DNA from: a virus
Direction: 5' to 3' (one strand)
DNA length: 64,000 nucleotides
IMG/VR virus record: IMGVR_UViG_3300030102_006951
Coordinates: 94,421 to 158,420 of that record
Positions within the stretch are counted from its first letter, which is position 1; the number at the start of each line of letters is the position of its first letter. A model generated the notes under the pieces. That model ran no database searches. It worked only from the letters and a program-made list of their open reading frames with translations, and was not told the DNA's origin. Shown here piece by piece: positions 51,638-59,376 of this stretch. The translations under genes and the position numbers were made by a program.

Positions 51638-51737
51638 GTCAAATATAAAACATTATAGTTAAAATTAATAAAAAATATTTTTTTTTAAACAACATTAACT
51701 CCTTATCTTATATTTATAAATAAGAATTATTATAACT

Positions 51738-51971
51738 ATGAAAGAAACAAAAATTTACAAAACGTCAGACATGTATTTAGCGGCATTTTTAAAGCTAAAT
51801 GAACAAAAGTTGAGGGTCGAAAAAAATAAAGGTAAGGCTGCTTTTATATTCGATAGCTCTCCTGAATTACTTGAATTGGTTAATACTTATTTAACCGAAG
51901 AAGGTAGCTGTAATCCTTTACTATACACTAATTCTATTAAGAATTTAAAAAACCTCATTTATAATCTTTAA
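51738..51971 (+). CDS. DUF5659-like small protein
   Basis: YKTSDMYLAAFL...FIF...Y..SIKNLK. Confidence 0.6.
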   Translation: MKETKIYKTSDMYLAAFLKLNEQKLRVEKNKGKAAFIFDSSPELLELVNTYLTEEGSCNPLLYTNSIKNLKNLIYNL

Positions 51972-51977
51972 ATAATT

Positions 51978-52012
51978 AAAATGGTGGGGTTTAATTCTCA
52001 CCATTTTTTTTT
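51978..52012 (+). terminator. intrinsic terminator
   Basis: AAAATGGTGGG-loop-CTCACCATTTT followed by a T-run. Confidence 0.8.
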
Positions 52013-52025
52013 ACAAAACACGCAT

Positions 52026-53093
52026 ATGCTTGGTATATCACTTGTTGTCGGTAGTTTGTCTAAAATTGTCATTGATTATGTTAATAATTTTAATAAAAAT
52101 AATTTAAACTCTGGTAAGGAGTGTATTATTTTAGTTAAGGATTTTAAAGCTATATATCAAGAATTTAAGGTTGATAAGTTAGTCATAAAGTTAGGTTATT
52201 TAAATGAATATTTACATAATGATTCTGGATTTGATTCTGAAAAATCAGAATACATCGTATATATAAATTTAAATAAGAAAAAGATAAAACTTAGTAGTAT
52301 TATGCATGAGCTTAAGCATGCATATGTTGATTGGTGTATTTTTAAAAATGGGGGTGTGGCCATAAAAGATAGTCTAGAGGTTAAAGAGCTTTATACAAAT
52401 GGATTTGAAGACTTATTAACCGTGGATAAACACAAAATACCTTTATTACAACCAATTATAAGATGTTTTTATTATACCACTAAACTAGAGATACCAGCCT
52501 TTTTAGAAAATCAATTATGTGATTCAAATTTTTATTATAAAAAGAGGATAAACAACATGCTTAATATGAATATGGATGACTTTAAGAATAAAGCATGTGA
52601 AAAAGAGTTTGAGATAATCAGGTCGTATAATATACCCAGATTCAATAGGTTTAAAAATTATTTAGATTTCTTGGATTACTGTGACGGGTTTTTTAAAAAA
52701 AGAGGTGGGTATATTAAAAAGAAGTTGAATAAAGTAGATTACTTTTTGAAGGTTGCTGATAATGATTGGTTGGCTCATTTACTTATAAACCATACTAATG
52801 GAACTAAGATATTAAGTAATCTAGAATGGAAACTTATATTTAATTTGTCTAATACAGTTATAAGTAATAGAGGTCAATGGGATTTTCCAGGAGAATGTAC
52901 TTTAATTATAAGTAAGACTAAAAGAATAACAATGGTTAATGTTAATCATGATGTTTTAGGTATTGATAGTACAGGTAAGTTTATTCTTATGAAACCAGGT
53001 TTGAAGTATCAATTCAATAGTGAATTTATATTTGAAATACCTTATATGGGCAAATGGAAGGGGTTAGTAAAAAAAATCGTTAATAAGTGTTAA
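52026..53093 (+). CDS. HExxH (zincin-like) protein with C-terminal phage domain; start 52026 preferred
   Basis: IMHELKHAY; C-terminal RGQWDFPG..ITM.NV..DVLGID.TG...MKPG..Y.F; the ATG at 51981 lies inside the terminator stem. Confidence 0.6.
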   Translation: MLGISLVVGSLSKIVIDYVNNFNKNNLNSGKECIILVKDFKAIYQEFKVDKLVIKLGYLNEYLHNDSGFDSEKSEYIVYINLNKKKIKLSSIMHELKHAYVDWCIFKNGGVAIKDSLEVKELYTNGFEDLLTVDKHKIPLLQPIIRCFYYTTKLEIPAFLENQLCDSNFYYKKRINNMLNMNMDDFKNKACEKEFEIIRSYNIPRFNRFKNYLDFLDYCDGFFKKRGGYIKKKLNKVDYFLKVADNDWLAHLLINHTNGTKILSNLEWKLIFNLSNTVISNRGQWDFPGECTLIISKTKRITMVNVNHDVLGIDSTGKFILMKPGLKYQFNSEFIFEIPYMGKWKGLVKKIVNKC

Positions 53094-53162
53094 AAAAAAT
53101 GTCTTTTACCTCGAGTGGGTATATTTATATTACGAGTGCCTGAATTGGTGCCAATTATTTAT

Positions 53163-53269
53163 ATTTATATTCTTATTAGAAATCTTTTAATCAAAAAGAT
53201 TTAATTCACAAATTTATATTCTTATTAGGAATCTTTTAATCAAAAAGATTTAATTCACAAATTTATATT
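53163..53269 (+). repeat. 49-bp tandem duplication containing an inverted repeat
   Basis: atttatattcttattag(a/g)aatcttttaatcaaaaagatttaattcacaa x2 (1 mismatch) plus a partial third copy. Confidence 0.9.
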
Positions 53270-53347
53270 TATTTTTTATTTATATCCAAAAAAACATGAA
53301 CGAATGTTTAAATAATAATAATAAAATAAAAAACAAAAAAATAAATT

Positions 53348-54586
53348 ATGAAAAATTATAATAGATTATTTTTATTACAACCAGATGAGCCAACACAAGA
53401 AGAAAAGAATGCCTTGGCAAAAGCAATGGCTGAATCTGATTATGCTGGTACTCCAATAGAAAATACCATACCTTCTCAAAAAGATGTTGCGATTGGTGAA
53501 ATTGGACTTGGACAGCTTAAGGTGTTAGACCGTTTAACGGTGCCTGTTGACTCAATGTTACCTAGAAACATCTGCATGCCTAGTTTGCAAGATGATGGTA
53601 ATTTTGACTTCTCAACTAGCATGTTCGAAGTGCTTAATGGATTGATGAGAAAAGAGGTGTTCAAGGACGTTCAGACAGATGGTCTAGAGACTATTGCTAA
53701 TCTTGGTGATACACTTGGTTTAAGAGCTAGAATTAATGCGTTAACTAACGTTGAGTCAGCTGAAGCATATGAAGCATTTGGTGGATTCACAAGTCCAATC
53801 GAAGCTCCAACAACTGAAGAACAGATATTAGATGCTATTGAAAAGGGTAGTGATGCTATTGCTCATCATGTGGCTACTAAGGCTTCAACAGAAGAAGTTG
53901 GTGAAAAATTCTATATCGAGCAACCTTTTACTGGTATGATAAAAGTAAACGGGGTTAACCAAGATAGTTCTCAAGTTGAATTTGAAACTGGTAGTATGGG
54001 CGCTAAAATAGCTGTTTCATTCCTTAATCCAGATGGAAATCCAGTTGCTTTAACTAAAGGTTCTATAGTATCTAGTGTTAGTAATGCTGGTATTAAAGAA
54101 GCATATGATAAATTTGTCGAAAGTAACAATACAAATTCAGAGATATTTGCTGATGAATCAAGTGATTATTCTGATTATGTAACACAGGCGAATAGTGATA
54201 GAGCTGATAAGGCTAGTGCTAAAACTGCTGCTGATGCTGATTTGACTGCGGCTATAGCCGATGTGGATGCTAAACAAACTGCATTTGACTCAGCGGTAGA
54301 TGAGTTAAGTAGTAGTACTACTGTTGATGGAGCAAAAGCGGCTATTACAAAATCTAAAAAAGCTAGAATTGCACTACATAAAGCAAATAATACAAAATCT
54401 AATGCACAAGCAAAAGTAGATAAATTAACTGAAGAATTAGCTGCTATTGATGATGCTATTGCTAAATCAGCTACTATGAAAACAAAAGCTGATGCTGCTC
54501 AGGCTGAAGAATCGGCTAATTTTAAGGCTGCTATTGAGAAGGCTGAAGTTTTAGCTCGTGAGGTTAAAAACGCAAGCTTTATATAA
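53348..54586 (+). CDS. coiled-coil putative virion protein, paralogue A
   Basis: Shares PSQ..I.L.QL.VLDR..M..NI..P.L.DDG and KGSIVS blocks with 54708; Ala/Lys-rich C-terminal coil. Confidence 0.7.
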   Translation: MKNYNRLFLLQPDEPTQEEKNALAKAMAESDYAGTPIENTIPSQKDVAIGEIGLGQLKVLDRLTVPVDSMLPRNICMPSLQDDGNFDFSTSMFEVLNGLMRKEVFKDVQTDGLETIANLGDTLGLRARINALTNVESAEAYEAFGGFTSPIEAPTTEEQILDAIEKGSDAIAHHVATKASTEEVGEKFYIEQPFTGMIKVNGVNQDSSQVEFETGSMGAKIAVSFLNPDGNPVALTKGSIVSSVSNAGIKEAYDKFVESNNTNSEIFADESSDYSDYVTQANSDRADKASAKTAADADLTAAIADVDAKQTAFDSAVDELSSSTTVDGAKAAITKSKKARIALHKANNTKSNAQAKVDKLTEELAAIDDAIAKSATMKTKADAAQAEESANFKAAIEKAEVLAREVKNASFI

Positions 54587-54631
54587 CAATAAAAAAACTA
54601 ACTTATTAAATTAATAGGTTTATATTAATTT

Positions 54632-54664
54632 AAAATGGGGGTTGTTATTAAGACCCCCTATTTT
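54632..54664 (+). terminator. intrinsic terminator
   Basis: GGGGGT-loop-ACCCCC-TATTTT. Confidence 0.7.
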
Positions 54665-54707
54665 AAGAAAATAATGAATAACAAAAAAATAAAATAATAT
54701 AAAAATT

Positions 54708-56354
54708 ATGAAAAAATATAATAAATTATTTTTACTTGAGGAACCTGAGCATCATGATAACTCTTTACCTAGTTCGGTTACATCTGAATTAGATGGTGTT
54801 GGACTGCCCACGCAATTTGAAGCTAGGCTTACTATCTATCCAGATGGTGGAGAAGACGAAGTAAGAGGGTATAGTCTTGAGCAGTTAAATGCATTGCTTT
54901 TGAGTGGAAAGTCTCTAATGGATGAACGTGCTTATGCTGGATTTCAGACATATTGGGGCAAATACTTAGAATGGTTTAGATTCGCATCCTTGCGTGCAAT
55001 CTATCTACCGATTGCTTTAGAGTATGCTGCCTTTGTTGTTAAGCTAGAGAAAGAGTTGAAATTCATTTCTGACCTTATAGAGGCGAAAGAAGCTGAAAAT
55101 TCTGGTGGTAACGGTGGTGCTACTGTTCCAGCTCCTCCTACAGTAGAAGACAACGATACGCCTTATACTAAGCATATAAAAGCGATGCTTCAACCTGATT
55201 ATCCTGGACACAGTCCTGAAAAAGCTATGCCTTCTCAAGAGAATCAATTAGCGCCTACTATCGACTTGCACCAGTTAACGGTATTAGATAGAGATGTGGA
55301 GTTGCAAAGTCCTATGTTCTGGAAGAACATTTCTTTTCCTCAGCTTGGAGATGACGGACAATATACGATGTCAACTGTATATGACGTAGTTTATAACTTG
55401 ATGACAAATGAGTCTAAAGAGGATAAAATTACAGATTTAGCTGAAAAGTTAATAGCAGACCTAGAGATTCTTCAACTGACTGAAATAGTTACTTCTTTAG
55501 AGGCAGAACCAGTTGATTTAGTGCCTTATGAAAGACTTGCAAGGTATAGTGCAAACGCAATTATACCATTTGCAAATGCTAAAGGTACAAGAGATGTTAG
55601 AGTCATTGAGTCCACACCAGCATTGGGAAATAAAGGTGAGGTATTTACATTTAATGGTAGAATTGATGAGAAATCAGTAGTTGAATTAGCTGGTGTTGCA
55701 CAAGTAGAAGGCGTAGATTTTAGATACGTTAAAGAAGGTGATGACATCATTGGTGTCGTATTAGTCAATTCTGAAGGTGATGTTATACCTAAGAAGGGGT
55801 CTATAGTTTCTATTGTTACTTCTTCATTTGTAAACTTACCTAAGGAGAAAACAATGTTGGAAGATGTGATAGCTGAGAATCGAGCAACTTTAACTGCACA
55901 AAACGATGCTTTTGATGTTTGGGAAACAGCTTACGTTTCTACAAAGTCTGAAAAGGAAGCTGAGAAAAGTCAATTAGAGGCTGATATAAAAGCTTTAGAA
56001 GCTGATGTAGCAGCAGCTATACTTGCTATTCATAACCCAGATGCAGAATCATCTGATGAAAATGGCATGATTCAAAATATATTTGGTGCTGAAAACGTTA
56101 ATGATGCAAAAGAAATAGCATCTGATAATGTTAAGCCAGCACTAGATGAGTTGAAATCATCTTTGGCTGAACTTGAAACTAAAAAACGAAAATTAGTTGA
56201 ATTAAAAGAGGTTTGTGAAGACCTTTATGAAGCTAATGAGGAAAGTAAAAAGTTTAGTGAGGACGACAGAGAATTGTTGGAGGCTGCTATTGAAGACCAA
56301 AATTCTGGTTTACAAAGGGTCATTGACATGATTGAAGCTATCCCAGCTGCATAA
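54708..56354 (+). CDS. coiled-coil putative virion protein, paralogue B
   Basis: Homology blocks with 53348; acidic C-terminal coiled coil. Confidence 0.7.
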   Translation: MKKYNKLFLLEEPEHHDNSLPSSVTSELDGVGLPTQFEARLTIYPDGGEDEVRGYSLEQLNALLLSGKSLMDERAYAGFQTYWGKYLEWFRFASLRAIYLPIALEYAAFVVKLEKELKFISDLIEAKEAENSGGNGGATVPAPPTVEDNDTPYTKHIKAMLQPDYPGHSPEKAMPSQENQLAPTIDLHQLTVLDRDVELQSPMFWKNISFPQLGDDGQYTMSTVYDVVYNLMTNESKEDKITDLAEKLIADLEILQLTEIVTSLEAEPVDLVPYERLARYSANAIIPFANAKGTRDVRVIESTPALGNKGEVFTFNGRIDEKSVVELAGVAQVEGVDFRYVKEGDDIIGVVLVNSEGDVIPKKGSIVSIVTSSFVNLPKEKTMLEDVIAENRATLTAQNDAFDVWETAYVSTKSEKEAEKSQLEADIKALEADVAAAILAIHNPDAESSDENGMIQNIFGAENVNDAKEIASDNVKPALDELKSSLAELETKKRKLVELKEVCEDLYEANEESKKFSEDDRELLEAAIEDQNSGLQRVIDMIEAIPAA

Positions 56355-56403
56355 CACTTGATTTAATTTAATATATAAATATTAATTTATATCATATAAA
56401 ATT

Positions 56404-56433
56404 AAAGGGGGTCTTTTTAGACTCCCTTTTTTT
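56404..56433. terminator. intrinsic terminator between convergent units
   Basis: AAAGGGGGTCT-tttt-AGACTCCCTTT-TTTT. Confidence 0.8.
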
Positions 56434-56453
56434 ATTATTTTATTTTTTCATAT

Positions 56454-57233
56454 TTATTTTGTGATTAACATTTGTTTCCATTTAGATAGTATAAAATTTT
56501 CTATACTTGGACCTAGCAATGTAGATGGTCTAAAAGCCATTTCACCAGCATAAAGCTTATCTTCTTTTTTGGAGTAAAAGAAATCTATCCTAAAAAAGTC
56601 TATTCTAAGTTCTTTTGCTATTTCTTTACATATCTCATGTTCTTTATCCCAATTGAAATATTTATTATCTTTGTCTATAATGTCTATTCTGTGCCATTCT
56701 TTTGGTCCATTCCTTAAGTCACCTAAAATTGGGCACCCATATAATACGAACACTTTAAATTCGTAATCGTATTCAATATATTCTTCTATTAATATTCCTT
56801 TTTCTGTTTCTTTCATCATTTTGGGTTCGGTAGTTCTAGAGGTTTTACTTAAGTTTTGATTAAGGCTATCATTAACTTTTTTGTAGTTACTATCATTAAT
56901 AAAAATACCATCATTTTCAGACATATGAGCTGGTTTCGCCACATATCTTTTATGATAAGATAATATATGTTCTACATTGTTTTCTGAATTAGTATAATAA
57001 TAAAGTGACGGAACTTTTAAACCATGGGACTCAAAAAAACTCTTAACTTCATATTTGTTGTAAAGTTTTTTAATAGTTTCACACTCTATTTTATTTTTAT
57101 TATATAACGTACTCATATAACTTTTTTCTATAGGTGTTTTGTATTTGTCTTCAACATAAGAATTGTTGAATTGTGGTATCCAATTACCTAAGTTATCTGG
57201 TTTAAAAAGATATGGCTTAGCATTAAACGTCAT
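56454..57233 (-). CDS. ATP-grasp ligase (TupA-like)
   Basis: NKYEVK, YVAKPAHMS, ILIEEYI, EFKVFVLYG, FRIDFF, YAGEMAFRP. Confidence 0.75.
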   Translation of the reverse strand: MTFNAKPYLFKPDNLGNWIPQFNNSYVEDKYKTPIEKSYMSTLYNKNKIECETIKKLYNKYEVKSFFESHGLKVPSLYYYTNSENNVEHILSYHKRYVAKPAHMSENDGIFINDSNYKKVNDSLNQNLSKTSRTTEPKMMKETEKGILIEEYIEYDYEFKVFVLYGCPILGDLRNGPKEWHRIDIIDKDNKYFNWDKEHEICKEIAKELRIDFFRIDFFYSKKEDKLYAGEMAFRPSTLLGPSIENFILSKWKQMLITK

Positions 57234-57251
57234 AAAATTTTAATTGTTTAC

Positions 57252-57833
57252 TTATATTTTTTCATATATATAAAAACTCTGTTTATTATACCAACTAACT
57301 GGTAATGCTATTCTATCATGATTTAAATCTTTAATAATATTTAATCTATTTAAACTAACATATGATATTATAGATATATCATTTCTTTCATTAAATAGTT
57401 TCTCATTATACATTAATGTTTTTTCTTTTGGGAAACATAAGTTACTTTGCCATATTAAATCACCGTCCATAAATTGGAACTCTTCAAAAGATTCTAACTT
57501 TAATTCTATGTTATTTAAGTTATATTTATTAATTAATTCATTACCAAACGATACTCTATTATCATGAATATCTATACCAATAGTTTTTATATTTGGATTT
57601 AATTCGTTAAAGTAAAAGTTCATCCACCCTATACTACAACCAACTACTATAAATCTATTTGGTTTTATTTTCACTTTTTCATATATTTTTTTGAAGGTAT
57701 TAAATGGAGTTGTTCCATACGTTAGGCTTTTCATATCAACTTTTTCTTTTAACTTTTTTGAACAAGTTATATCATTAATCATGTTGATTTTAATGTATCC
57801 GTCTAAATCTTTAAATAAGTTCTGATTTTTCAT
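57252..57833 (-). CDS. class I SAM methyltransferase, divergent DOT1-like
   Basis: LTYGTT, FIVVGCSIG, IGIDI, IWQSNLCF. Confidence 0.6.
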   Translation of the reverse strand: MKNQNLFKDLDGYIKINMINDITCSKKLKEKVDMKSLTYGTTPFNTFKKIYEKVKIKPNRFIVVGCSIGWMNFYFNELNPNIKTIGIDIHDNRVSFGNELINKYNLNNIELKLESFEEFQFMDGDLIWQSNLCFPKEKTLMYNEKLFNERNDISIISYVSLNRLNIIKDLNHDRIALPVSWYNKQSFYIYEKI

Positions 57834-57838
57834 TATTC

Positions 57839-58399
57839 TTATTTTATAAGATAATATACATTTTTTTTACCATATGTTGTTTCAAAATTATTGAAGGTTT
57901 TTGGTTTAATAATTTTAGTATTAAGTAAAGCTCTAAAAATTATTAGTGTTTTTGGTGGAACCATTTCTATTATATTTTGGATATGAATAATGTCATACAT
58001 AGCTGTATTATCAAAGTAAACTACATTAGCATCGCTAAGGTCACATTTAAAGTAATCTTTTTTTATGAATTCTATGTTATTATTTTCTTTAGCATATTTT
58101 TCTTTAAGTTCTAATGCCCCTTTGAATCTTTCGTTACTTAATTCAATTCCACAAGATTTTTTAATATTAAGTTTTAAGCCAATATGTAAAACCATTTTAC
58201 CTAATCCACAACCTAGGTCATAGAAAACAGTATCTTCATTAAAAAAATCTTTAAATTCAATTAACATATTTTCTACCCCATTTTTTGTAACTTCACCATA
58301 AACGTCCGAATAACTTTCATTAATATCTTTAAGGTTGGTTTTATTTATGTAAGCTCTTTCATATGGACTTTGGTTATATATTTCATCTATTTTTATCAT
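57839..58399 (-). CDS. DOT1-like protein methyltransferase
   Basis: VYGEV, FYDLGCGLGKMVL, GIELSNER, ANVVYFDN. Confidence 0.75.
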   Translation of the reverse strand: MIKIDEIYNQSPYERAYINKTNLKDINESYSDVYGEVTKNGVENMLIEFKDFFNEDTVFYDLGCGLGKMVLHIGLKLNIKKSCGIELSNERFKGALELKEKYAKENNNIEFIKKDYFKCDLSDANVVYFDNTAMYDIIHIQNIIEMVPPKTLIIFRALLNTKIIKPKTFNNFETTYGKKNVYYLIK

Positions 58400-58402
58400 A
58401 AT

Positions 58403-59032
58403 TTATTTTTTATAGTATGTTTTACAAAACATTTTTATCTTACTCTCTTTTTCTTTTTTATTTTCAGAAGTTGCCCATATGTAAACCCAGGTCTTTTTTA
58501 ATTTATAAATTTCTTCTCTTTTATTATTTAGGGATTTGTTAATTGATTTAACATCATCTAATGTTAGGTCTGGTTTTATATTCAAAATTTTACAATTATA
58601 TATAAGACCTAAAAAATCTTCTTTATCATACAATTCTTTAGATTTTATATATATGTCAATTAATTCTTCTGAGTTTGTTTTATCTGGATGTGTTTTTTTA
58701 ACTATTTCTCTAAATATATTTTTTAATGTTTTATTAATTGGTGATTTAGTAGATTCGTTAACATGTGAATCTTCTTTATTAATTTCTTCTTTTATATCTT
58801 TTTCTTCAATATTATCACAACCTTTAATTTCTTTTATATCTTTATTAATATCTAAGTTATCATTTTTTAATTCATTTGAACTTTCATTTTCACCCATAAG
58901 TTTTTTAACTTCAGATTGAAATTCTAATTTATTATCTTCAATAATTGATTGGATATCTTCTTCTTCAATTAATAGTGATTCATAAAAGTTCAGTAATTTT
59001 TTTATTTCTAGAGGTTTTAGTTTATCTGACAT
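58403..59032 (-). CDS. J-domain-like (HPD) protein
   Basis: LKNIFREIVKKTHPDK followed by a helix. Confidence 0.65.
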   Translation of the reverse strand: MSDKLKPLEIKKLLNFYESLLIEEEDIQSIIEDNKLEFQSEVKKLMGENESSNELKNDNLDINKDIKEIKGCDNIEEKDIKEEINKEDSHVNESTKSPINKTLKNIFREIVKKTHPDKTNSEELIDIYIKSKELYDKEDFLGLIYNCKILNIKPDLTLDDVKSINKSLNNKREEIYKLKKTWVYIWATSENKKEKESKIKMFCKTYYKK

Positions 59033-59069
59033 ATTTATAAATATGGTGTTGATAAGCTAAAAGTATTAA

Positions 59070-59225
59070 TTATTCACCGTAAATGTCAGTTGGTTTTTTG
59101 CAAGTTTCCTTTATTATTTTTTCAACAAAGGCAAACATTTTAAGACCGTTTTCTTGGCAGTACTCTTTTAACATCTTGTGTGTTGTTGGGGTGATTTTAA
59201 GATTTTTAGTACGTTTTATGGGCAT
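59070..59225 (-). CDS. small ribbon-helix-helix-like DNA-binding protein (51 aa), not in ORF track
   Basis: MPIKRTKNLKITPTTHKMLKEYCQENGLKMFAFVEKIIKETCKKPTDIYGE: beta-strand, helix, G-turn, helix pattern. Confidence 0.65.
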   Translation of the reverse strand: MPIKRTKNLKITPTTHKMLKEYCQENGLKMFAFVEKIIKETCKKPTDIYGE

Positions 59226-59279
59226 AATATAGGGTATTTATATATAAGTATGACAAAAGTAAGAAAAAAGGTACACTAA

Positions 59280-59333
59280 TTATGGTCTTTTTAAGACCAT
59301 AAAAATTCTTTTGGAATTTTAGTACATATTTAT
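59280..59333. promoter_or_regulatory. inverted repeats plus ATATTTAT late motif upstream of tail sheath
   Basis: TTATGGTCTT-TTT-AAGACCATAA (59280-59302), AAAATTC-N5-GAATTTT, ATATTTAT 59326-59333. Confidence 0.55.
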
Positions 59334-59376
59334 AATTAAATAACTGAAAATAATAAAAATTTAAAATAAGTAAAGA

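Noticed and set aside
51981-52025. ORF start at 51981
   Set aside because: The ATG lies within the terminator stem and T-run; 52026 is more plausible
53163-53269. CRISPR mini-array
   Set aside because: The units are directly tandem with no unique spacers, and no cas genes are in the window
57252-58399. DNA methyltransferases of a restriction-modification system
   Set aside because: No DPPY/NPPY or PCQ catalytic motifs; the YG(E/T) pre-motif fits DOT1-like enzymes better
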